A stretch of 64,000 nucleotides of DNA, from the NCBI GenBank assembly GCA_015680685.1, contig MNCI01001040.1:245492-309491 (forward strand). Direction: 5' to 3'. A program made the translations under genes and the position numbers. This DNA is from Gnetum montanum. Its lineage: Eukaryota > Plantae > Gnetophyta. This document shows, piece after piece, positions 27,201 through 38,195 of the stretch (position 1 is the first letter of the stretch; each line of letters opens with the position of its first letter). The notes under the pieces were generated by a model. That model did not search any database. It was not told where the DNA came from and was given only the letters and a program-made list of their open reading frames with translations.

Positions 27201-27989
27201 AGTGAGTGCCCATAAAGTGGATATGAGTTAGTTGTACGAAGTCTAATTCAAGTGGCAATGTACCTAGACATATTCCATGAGTGGCAATAAGATCAAGCTT
27301 CATGCTTGTTTATTGTAGCACTTTGACTTAGATTAGATTTACTTTCCATGTAATTTACTTTTCATGTACTTAGTTAATATTTACATTTTCATGCATGTTA
27401 ATTAATAAGACACATAAGTACGATCACTTCAAGCATGCATATGACTCTTGGTAATCCCAAAAACACTTAATGTTTGGTAACCCAGTAGCATTATATGTGT
27501 TCAAGATGTGCATCAGAAGTGGGATCAGATACTTATGTTAGGGTAGTTGATTATTAATTAGCAATTAGATTAGTTGAATTGACTATAAATTGAGTTTCAA
27601 CCTATTGTTAATCATAGAACAATAAAATATAAAATAATAAAAATCATCTACCTCATTTTGGACTAAACCACATGTTACAAAGCTACCACTAGTCCAAGTG
27701 GGAAGATAGTGAACTACAATCAAGCCATAGTGATCTAGATGCCACAACTAGTCGCATCCATGGAATTTAACTAGATCATGCATGAATGCTTGTAATTTGT
27801 TTAGTTGGGCATAGGGGTACCTTGCTGCTCATCATTGGAGCCATTGCTAGGGATGGTGCTAGTTATCTAGATTAGTTATATTATACATAATCATTGTAAA
27901 GGTATTAATGATCTATCTTTTAGAAAACATTAATATTTTGAGTCATACACATTATCAGACAAAACCATATCTTCTTCACACAAGATCCA

Positions 27990-30390
27990 TAATGCATCGT
28001 ATAATGAGAACACTCATAAAAGAAATTATAGGATATATAGTGAAGAAAATTGGAGTGAACAACCTCAAACAAGTGTTTCCTATGCTCGCTTAAATCCTTA
28101 CTACACCCAAAGACTACATTCAACTAGTGTAGGAAATCCTAGAGGAGATGGAAAAAGTCCTAGAATAAAGAGGGCCTCAAGGCCTAGGACCTCCTCTAAA
28201 CTTAGAAAAGATAAGTCAAAAGACCATGGGAAGAACTATGGAAGCCATGGTGATTCTCCTAGTTCCTCATCTTTATTTTCCTCTTCAACATCTAGTTCTG
28301 ATGAAGATGAACATAGGTATAGAGATAGAGCTCCACTATGGGGTCAAGATAAAGATAGAAATTGAACATAAGGGAAAAATCAAAGACATCACAATGAGCA
28401 TAGACAAGATCATCATAATCAAACAAATAGAAATAGAAATTTTCATCACAACATGTTTGATAATGATGAACCCTTATTGGCCACTAAAAGCATTATGTAG
28501 ATCACAGAGGCAATTAAGATACCTCACAGGCATCACAAGGAAAATTGCCTACCTAGGCTTGATATTAATAATATCCCTAAGTTCATGGAAGACTATGATT
28601 TTGATCCACATCATCATCTACAAGCCTTCCATGATGCCTATGCCTTATACAACATTGAAAGTGGGTGGAAAAAGTTTAAGCTCTTTCCTAGGACACTAAT
28701 TGACAAAGCTGCAAGTTGGTATAGATCATTGGAACCAAGTTCCATTTACTAGTGGTTCACAATGCTAGAACTTATCAATGAAAAATACCAAACCTATGAG
28801 AGAGTATCTAACCTAAGTAAGCAAATCCAAGAGTGAAAGCAAGAAAATCATGAACCCTTGGAAGTGGCCTTGGAAAGATACTATTCACTACTACATAGAT
28901 GACCAGGCCATGGTTTCTCTAAGGAAAGGCAACTTTTTCACATCATAGATGGGCTTCATAATGAAACAAGGGAGACCCTTGGGATGTATACTCTAGGTCA
29001 ATTATATGAGCTATGAACCCATCAAATCAAAGAGTTAATCAAGCATGTGGTGAAAGAAGAAGGAGAGCTATGTAGACGAGAGAATGTAGAGAAAAATAAC
29101 TAGGATCCAACTCTTTAAAAGAGAAACATCCATATCTATGATGAGGAAAAGGAGATAGCTCTCAATGAGATGATTTTATAACCAACCTTATCAATACAAA
29201 ATTTTATCAATGAGCTTCAAGCAAGGCTTGGAAAGATGTTGGAAGGGATGAATGAGAAAGTTAAAAATTAAGTAGAAATCAGAGAGGAGAGAGTAGTGCA
29301 AAATGAATCAAGTGATCACAACAAAAGGAGGAAAAAGAACCAAGAAAAAACTAGGAACACTTTTCAGCAAGAAGGGAAAATGACCATAGAAGAAGAGGCT
29401 ATAGACTCAACCATTGAAGAGGATGGTGGATGTGACATTTGCCTAGATGACCATCCAAAGGGCCATTGCCCAGTCTTGTTGCATCTACAAGAGTATTGGG
29501 CTAGTAAATTAAATCTGAAGTTTGTATAGAAGTACATGCCTAGAAGATTTCCTCTTGTATGAAGTAATTTTAGACAACCCTGAAACCAACCATACTATCT
29601 TGGGAGGACTTATTACCAACCTCAACATTGGCATCAATTACAGTGGCAACAACCAGTCATGGGGAAGGCCACCACCAAACCAACCCTATCCTTCCTACAA
29701 ACTGAACCCACATGGATATTATGTTCAACACCATGTTTCACAAACTATTTCTACTTCCTCTACCTCAAATCACTACTACCACTCTCCCAAATATCATTAT
29801 CTTGCAACATCTTATGTGAGATCACCACCTGACACCTCTCACCCTACATCATATCCTCAATATTCTCATACTCACCTCCATCATAAGTTACCTGCAACAA
29901 CATAGGAAGGTTTTGCATCACAACATCAACAAGAGAATTCCACTTGTGTTGCAAACATACATGTAAATGATAACACGAGTAGATCTCAACCAAAGTCTTG
30001 GGAACGTCCCTTTTGGAGGAAAGGTCATAAGTTGAAGCAAAACACTCATGGACCTACTACATCACTTGAACCAGCACAAGGCCAATCTAATGCAACACTG
30101 TTCCTCAAAAAAATAATGTCTCCTAATCATACATAAAATCCAATAACCATCACCACTCCAACACAAGACATAAATGATAAACCTATCATTGTGGAGAGAT
30201 AGAAGAATCCATACATCACTAATAATGATAAAGGGTGCAATTATGGGTCAGAAGTTTAAAATAATAACACAACCTCTATACCAACCCACCATAAAGTTCA
30301 AGAGCAAGTGTGTGAGAAAAAGCCAATCTACATAGTAGCCACCAAACCAAAAAACACCCAAGGGCTTGAAAATGAGAATATAAAATTGTC
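27990..30390 (+). pseudogene. gag of C
   Basis: 'IPKFMEDYDFDPHHHLQAFHDA' (~28572) and 'CDICLDDHPKGHCP' (ORF 29296..29529). Confidence 0.8.
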
Positions 30391-30523
30391 TTAAACATGT
30401 ATGAAAGTAACTGATTTACTTATCAATTTTGGAATTTTTTAATTCTTCATATGTTTTCCATTTCTTAATATTTTTCTTTTATTTATATTTTTCTCTTTTC
30501 TTGAGTTGTTCTCTTTATGTTTT

Positions 30524-31295
30524 TCATGGGAAGCGATATCGCATGGGCTGCGATATCGCGTCTGCCACGATATCGCATCCCCTGCGATATCACGTCTTCC
30601 CTCGTGATATCGCGTACGTGATATCACAGTCTGCTGTAATGTCTATAAATAAGAAGCGGCTCTCCCTTGTTCATCATCCTAGAATAGAAGTAGCGAAGCT
30701 CTGGCAGTTTGATCACTCCAGAGATAGATTATTTTTCTCGTGTCTGCCCGTAGTGTGATGAATGTAATTGTATGAAATTNNNNNNNNNNNNNNNNNNNNN
30801 NNNNNNNNNNNNNNNNNNNNNNNNNNNNNNNNNNNNNNNNNNNNNNNNNNNNNNNNNNNNNNNNNNNNNNNNNNNNNNNNNNNNNNNNNNNNNNNNNNNN
30901 NNNNNNNNNNNNNNNNNNNNNNNNNNNNNNNNNNNNNNNNNNNNNNNNNNNNNNNNNNNNNNNNNNNNNNNNNNNNNNNNNNNNNNNNNNNNNNNNNNNN
31001 NNNNNNNNNNGCTAGATTAGATTCTCTTACCCTTTCCCTCCTAGCTTAGCTTAGTTAATATTATTTTCCATTGTCTTCAGGAGTAGCGTTAGATTAGGAA
31101 CACATCATACACCTCACTCTAGACTAAACCATACATGACAAATATAATACTAGTCCAAGTGGGAAGACAGCGAATTGTGACCTAAGGATAACTGTCTAGG
31201 TGCCACAACTAGTCTGTCTACGGAGTTTGACCAGATCGCGCGTGAGAACGCTCGTATTCGTATGGTTGAGTGTAGGGGTACCTTGCCACTCATCA
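30524..31295 (+). mobile_element. Solo LTR of family A inserted in element C (contains an N gap)
   Basis: High similarity to 5095-6051; ends CTCATCA; flanked by GTTTT at 30519-30523 and 31296-31300; no adjacent PBS or PPT. Confidence 0.85.
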
Positions 31296-34200
31296 GTTTT
31301 ATAAATGTATTTTATGTTTTTATTAATAGACTTTCCAAGTCATGATGTAGAGGTCAATGCTATGTGTTGGGGGTTTTGTGCTATGTTATCAAGATGATTG
31401 GGTAAGTAATTATGTAAAGTAGTGAGACCACCTTATCCATCCCTCTAGTTCTCTAAATAAAAGGTCTTTTTCATGGAAATAATTTGGTTTTTCTTTTATG
31501 AAACTAAAATTAATCAATGATCATTGTATTGAAGAAAGAGGGAATGACCAAGTGGGAATGGCAAAGTATGTGATCTCAAAGGGACTTGTTGGGGTCTCTT
31601 CTTGACTTCCTTCATGTGGTTTATGACTCTTCTTAAAATGTATCGTCACTACCCTATCAACCAATAAAAAGGAAGCTCTATCTTTGCATGGTGTGGTTCC
31701 TATTAAAATAAAAATAAAAACAACATACAAAAAATAAACAAAAAAAAGAAGAAAAATAAAAAATAATAATAATGGAAACTCAAAGCACATCCCTTAGACA
31801 CAATAACGGGCTACAAACACTAGTTATGGGGCTAGAAAGACATGTTACCCATGCCCAAAGGTGCCTCTCTAACTAAGGCCCTTCTTTCCTTCTTCTCCTT
31901 TCTTTTCTTTTTGGAGTGAGGATTGTTCTTTGTGGTGGTTATGAAGTCATGGTGGTTAGCAAGAAGGAACACATCAATGCAAGGTTACTATTTATGGTAT
32001 GGACTTGGTTTGAACTTGGGTGGATAGGTATGTTGATTATTTTAATCACACTTGTCACAAGAACTGGTTGTGAACATGGTCAAGTACTTTACATCTCGAT
32101 CTTTGCAATTCCTTCTCATTTCATTATTCTCTTCACTGTTGCATGCAATTATGAGCCTTTTGGTTTTGTGTAGTATAATGCAACATCCTAACAATGGTAG
32201 TTGTGTGTTTTTTGGAATAAAGGCATGGCCTACATTTAACTTCTTGGGTGCCCATGTACATCTCCAGAAGTGGTTATGCAAGGGCATTATGGAAAGAGCT
32301 TGCTTTGGAAGGATCCACTTGCCTAACTTTTGTTGATCATGGCTTTGAACTAACCTTCATGTCTTCCAAAACATCAATGATGGTTTCTCTGAATTTATGC
32401 ATGAATTTGGGACTGCTTCTCATTTGTTTTATTAATTTTTCCTACTTTTCTATTTCCATATTCATTAATATTTCTTGGCCATCTTCTGAATTAGACCTTT
32501 GGTTTCAATTATTCAAAAACCTAGGTGCTTCTAGAGCTATACTTATTAGTCATGAAGGCTAGGGATGCCTACTTTAAAATTTTTAAAATTTTTCTAACAT
32601 CCTACTTTAAAATATCATGGTGACTAATAATAATTGATAAAAATAATGTAAAAAACTTAATGATTTTAGTTACCTCATAGCCTTGGATTGAGGATGTTGT
32701 AATCACCTTGTGCTTAAACAAAAACTAAGGGATCTAACAAAGGTTAACTATTAAGGGAAATTTACCACAACTAATGTTGATCCTTTGGTGATTGTAGGTG
32801 ATGCTAAAAGAAACATCTAAGGAAGAAGGTATTTTTCCAGGCATGAAAACAAAGCTAAGAGAAGAACAATGGATGATATGACCATGGACACATCATAGCA
32901 CATACAAGATAGTAGCCCAAGCTTCACATGTTTGCTAGATCCATGGGGCAATGAGAAAAAATTTTAGTCCACACTTCAAGAATGTTCTACATAACCAAAG
33001 AAGCATCGACATAACAATCAAGGTTAAAAGTTTACTACTGTTAGTAACAACAAGAAGAATCATCTTCAGTAGATTTTTAAGGACCTTTACAAATTTTTGG
33101 AATCTTCAATGTCTATCCCATATTTTTGTCACTCTATCATTTTGTATGCATCCACTTGAATAAAATTCTATAATGTGGCATTCAAAGTTAGTCACTAGTT
33201 TGCATATCAGTCAATAATTCCATACCTTCCCAATATTTTATAAGGAACTTGTTCCTCAATTTGTTTAACTCAAGGAAAAATTTTTATTCAGTCATGGGTG
33301 TATGATGAGTCATGATTTGCCTGGCCTTGACATCAAAGCCTTAACATATGATGAATCACTATCTTTTGTATGCTTTGACATTGAGTACATGACATTGGAG
33401 CTGCAATGTTGGGTATCTAATGTCAGGGTATATACGCTAGCCTATAAATATACGACATGGGCTCTAGTTTTGAGTTAGTTTTCAAGTAGTTTTTTATAGT
33501 ATTGTCAATAGAGTAGCCAAATTCTTGCAGTTTTATTCTATAATCTTAGAGAATAGTCAGTGAGTGCCCATAGAGTGGATCTGAGTTAATTGTATGAAAT
33601 CTTATTCAAGTGGCAATGTACTTGGATATATTTCATGAGTGGAAATAAGATCAAGATTGATTCTTCTTTATTTTAGCACTTTGACTTAGATTAGATTTAC
33701 TTTCCATGCAATTTACTTTTCATGTACTTAGCTAATATTTACATTTTCATACATGTTAATTAATTAGACACATAAGTACGATCACTTCGAGCATGCATAT
33801 GACTCTTGGTAATCCTAGCAATGCTTAAAATTTGGTAACCTAGTAGCATTATATGTGTTCGAGATGTGCACGGGAAGTGGGATCAGATACTTATGTAAGG
33901 GTAGTTAATTATTAATTAGTAATTAGATTGGTTGAGTTGATTATAAATTGAGTTTCAATCGATTTTTAATCATAGAATAATAAAATATAAAATAGTAAAA
34001 ATCATATGTCTCACTCTAGCCTAAACCATATGTGATAAAGCTACCACTAGTCCAAGTGGGAAGATAGCCAATTGTGATCAAGGCATAGCAATTTAGATGC
34101 CACAACTAGTCCCATCCATGGAATTCAACCAAGTCATGCATGAATGCTTGTGCTTTGTCTGGTTGGGCATAGGGGTACCTCACTGCTCATCACTTCTCTA

Positions 34201-34796
34201 CCCATATGTGCACCACTTTTAGTGGAAAATTTCTTGTTAATCTCTCATAGCTAATCTATCTTGAGATAGAAAATAAATTTAAGGAAAACAAGCATGGGAG
34301 AAAGGAATTTCCTTTCCTATGCTTGATCCAAAAATTACGCAAAAAAGTAGGAATAGCCCACTACTTAAATGACATCCTTCAACATGCTCTTGTTGCCTCC
34401 TAGGTAGAAATGATGAAAGATAAAGTGTATGCCAAGATGCAAGAAGAGGAGTAGCCATCACCACCATCCACTCATGAAACAATGTTGAAGGCTTGTGCTA
34501 CCATGGAGCACATATAGAAACTCCTTCAATAACTCCTATAGTAGTAGCATGTAGGATCAAGTGGAAATTCATTTATCTATTGAGTAGCCCTAAGTCATCT
34601 AAATGAGGTTACTTATACCATCAGCTAGTTGGAGGATAGGGTGCTAATGCTTTCTACCCAATGAATGAAAGTGTCCATGCACTTGAATCTTAGTTCTTGA
34701 GAGGTAATGGTGTCCATTCCAGGATAATAGAAATTTTTTAGAGAGTTTTAAAAATGCTGCTACCTTCTTAGTGCACATGGAGGAAGGTAATGGGAC

Positions 34797-34859
34797 CACT
34801 ATCTTAGTGATGTAGCACCAAGAGTAAGACACTATCTTAGTGATGTAGCACCAAGAGTA
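34797..34859 (+). repeat. 33-bp-period tandem duplication in ORF3 of B
   Basis: cactatcttagtgatgtagcaccaagagta occurs at 34797 and 34830. Confidence 0.95.
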
Positions 34860-36613
34860 CAAAACAATGACTGAGGTAGTAGCTAATCGAGTGGGTGAAG
34901 CACTTAATGTTCCTACAACATATGTACTAGATATTGCTATGCTTAGAGATGTGCATACATTTGTAGAAGTGGCAAGTGGAAGATTTATTATAGTCTAGCA
35001 TAAGGAATTGATGGAATGATTGGTGGAATCTAGGCAACCAATTTCAGAGGTCTTTGACCTTTTGGATGACATCACTATAACCTAGTCAGTGCTATTGGAG
35101 GTTAAGGGCAAGTACCTCATTGCTAATGGCTAACTAGAGGTAGCCACAACTAAGAATTGACACTTGGATACCAAAGTTATAGAATTACATGCTCGTCTTA
35201 TTAATCCCATAGTTCCTGACTAGGCCATAACTAGAGATGAAGCTTTTCTATAGCTTCAGGAAAAACATCAAGTAGATGAGGACAACAAGAAGATGGTAGT
35301 CTTTGATGAGTCCATAGTAGAAGCATTGACTCATAAAACTAAAAATGATTTATTAGATATTCGTAAGGAGAGTGTAATTTTTACTAAGAATAACTATTGC
35401 TTGCATAATGTTTAGCTCCAAAAAGAATAGATAGTTACATATAGGAGATAGCAGTAGGAGTAGCTTGCCAAGGTAGCCATGGATTTGAGGAGGTTGACAG
35501 TTGATATTTCTTAATGGAGAAGGTCCACGCTCTTCACTATAAATATACAATTGAGATTGCTACTTGAAAGAATGAGGCTCTCAAATTTGAAAGGGTGGAG
35601 AACCAATATAGGGACTAGGTTGGCCTTTAGAAACAAATCAATGACAAGCATATCTAACTAGTGGAGGAAAAGGTCAAGGAGGCTTTCTAGTAGCTCTAAC
35701 AAGGAGGTGACATGTGGCAACCCATCTTTGATGGACTGAATGAGTATAACAAGGTAGAAATCTGCCTCAAGGAGCTACAAATCAAAGAGATGATGGACTA
35801 CATGAAGCTTGCCAACCTCTATTATGCAAACTTGGAAATGCTGACTATAGGGAGGCCAACATCAAAACTAAAAAAGTAAGTGGCTAGCTCATACCTATTG
35901 TATGACACCGAGTTCACACATTATAAGGAGATGAAGCAAAAGCTAGAAATTGCCAATGCTAAACTTGATGTTCTTGAAGAGCACTTCACCAATCAACGAT
36001 CAATACTTGAGAACCTAGCCCACAGATTGAGTGACTACTAGTTGTTGCAGAACACTATCAAGGCATCTGATGTTGAATGTAAATAATTTGTAGGTTGTTT
36101 CATCAATGTGAAGGAGTTTTTCATTGCAATGCATTATCTGTGGGATGTTTTCATACTTACCTACATTGATGATGCTACTCAAACCATGTATGATCCCTAG
36201 AGTAAGGAGGAGAAGATGAAAGAATTGCTATATGCTTTTTGTCTTTTACCTATAGTCATAGTTGCATCAGGACAACCACAACCACCACAACCTTAACCAC
36301 AACAGCTGCATGCACCAAAGGTAGGATAAGATCCTCTGGTACCTTAAGAACCTCCACCACCTAGTATCCTCTTTGTCTTCAAATTGCCAAAAGGATTTTG
36401 CTATTAAGTTTTGTAATAGAGTTAAATTTTCTTGTCATGAACATCAATTTTTGTAAAAGTTATAAATCCATATACTTGAGTACTTAGCATTAGTTGAGTT
36501 AGTGTTTGTGCTAGTTAGTCATATAATAATCCCATACCTTTCAAAAAGTTTGTAAATAACCTGGTTCTTCTTTTGTTCACTTGAAGATGAGCTTTTATTT
36601 AGTGATGGGGGTA

Positions 36614-37473
36614 TGATGAGTCATGGTTGATTGGACTGTGTTGATGTGAATGCATCAATGTGATCCTATTAATGCAATCCCATCGACACATATCCATCAA
36701 TGCATGGTTTGATGCATCGACGTATTATCTAGTCTTGCCTATATAAATGCATGCACCCACTACATTTATTGATATTCATTCATTTATAGCTTAGCAAAAA
36801 TCTTGTAATTTATTTATTTTAGAGTTATAATATTTTCTAAGTGCTCATAGTAGATGTTGAGAAGTGTATAGATCTTTATTTAAGCATTGATGTACCTAGA
36901 CACTTCTTTGTGAATGATAATAAAGACAAGCTTCTTGATAAACCTTGCATCACTTGGAATTAGCATAATATCTATTTAATGCACTTTAGTATTATGCAAT
37001 TTATTTTAATGCATTTAATTAATTAATTAATAGTAAGTAATTAATGTAGATAAGTACAACCATCTTGAGCATATGTTAATGCTTGGTAATCCAAGTAGCA
37101 CTTATGCTTGGTAATCTAATAGCATTGCAACATGTTTAGGATGTGTACGATGGAAGGGAATGGATACTTATGTCAAGATTAGTTAAGGCATTAATTAGTT
37201 CTTAGATTAATTAAATATTTAATTACCTTATTTTCTATACTTAGGTTACTTTAATGAAAACCATAAAAGTTATAGAAATCATATGCCTTAGTTATACTTA
37301 ACCATACCATTGTGCCTCACAAGTGGAACTGGGAAGACAAAAATTATGTCCTTGAAATTCATTGCCTAAATCAAGTGTACTTAGAGAGCTAAAGTCTACA
37401 GAATTTGACTAGATCTCTTAGTGAACACTAGTGATTTGTATGGTTGGATGTAGGGACTGCTTGTTGCTTATCA
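36614..37473 (+). repeat. 3' LTR of B
   Basis: TGATGAGTCATGG...GCTTATCA, preceded by the PPT and followed by the TSD. Confidence 0.92.
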
Positions 37474-38195
37474 ATTTTAATTTCTTTTTTTTTTAGTAAT
37501 TTTTAATATTTTTGTATTTTTATAAATTTTCAAATTTTCCTTGTAATTTCATCATATGTGGACTAATCTTTTTGGTAGAGTTTTAGAGATCATATGTATT
37601 AAGGACTAAATGGATCATTGGTACATGGGTTACTAGTTTGGTTTTGATATGCTTTATTTAAATAATTTCTATTTTTGATATATTATTTTTTAATTTTTTA
37701 GCTTATGCTTTAGAGTGTCTCATGATAGCCTTTTTGTTAGTTATTGATGAAGCATATATAAGGTTGCTACATCAATGCATGCTTGTTGACACATCCTTGT
37801 TGATGCATCTCAGGATACATTGCCATATGTGTATGAACACTAATTCTCCTAAAGCCTATATAAGTGTGCATACTAATAACATTTATGGCACAATTTGGTT
37901 GATTCATTAATTAAACTCTTGTAGTTTTCTCTCATAGAACTTAGCAAAATCTTTCCTCTAAGTGCTCATAGTATTAATTGAATCAATTGTACAAAATTTT
38001 ATTCTAGTGCAATATGTACCTAGACACAGTTGCATGAATAGAAATAAAATCAATATTTCTTCTATTCATTGTAGCACTTATATTAGTTTAAGTTTAGTTT
38101 CTAGTATTTTACTTGGAATGAAATTTACTTTATTGTCCTTAAGCATTTAATATTTTAATTCATAAGTAACGTAAGTATGTCTACTTTGATCATAA

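Larger units (their letters stand above)
26959..34192 (+). mobile_element. Element C: non-autonomous gag-only Athila-like element
   Basis: LTRs 26959-27834 and 33303-34192. TSD CTTCT at 26954-26958 and 34193-34197. PBS ttggagccattgctaggga (tRNA-Asp type). PPT at 33290-33302. Gag is present; no PR, RT or IN motifs. Confidence 0.9.
26245..36380 (+). pseudogene. ORF3 of B, split by element C (26245-26958 and 34198-36380)
   Basis: 'ELNFGTFLDFIPKEVRTQL', 'EWYMGETYLF', and 'FPFLCLIQK' (~34310). 'YMKLANL.YANL' (~35800) matches 'YMELANLRYANL' of A. Confidence 0.75.
17172..37473 (+). mobile_element. Element B: full-length decayed Athila-like Ty3/gypsy retrotransposon, with element C nested inside
   Basis: Paired LTRs 17172-17992 and 36614-37473. 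TSD ATTTT at 17167-17171 and 37474-37478. Decayed tRNA-Asp-type PBS after 17992. PPT agtgatgggggta at 36601-36613. Confidence 0.92.

Noticed and set aside
28226-28699. 157-aa hydrophobic ORF as a membrane protein
   Set aside because: Off-frame reading of the low-complexity gag region of C; similar off-frame ORFs occur at 18771 and 45491.
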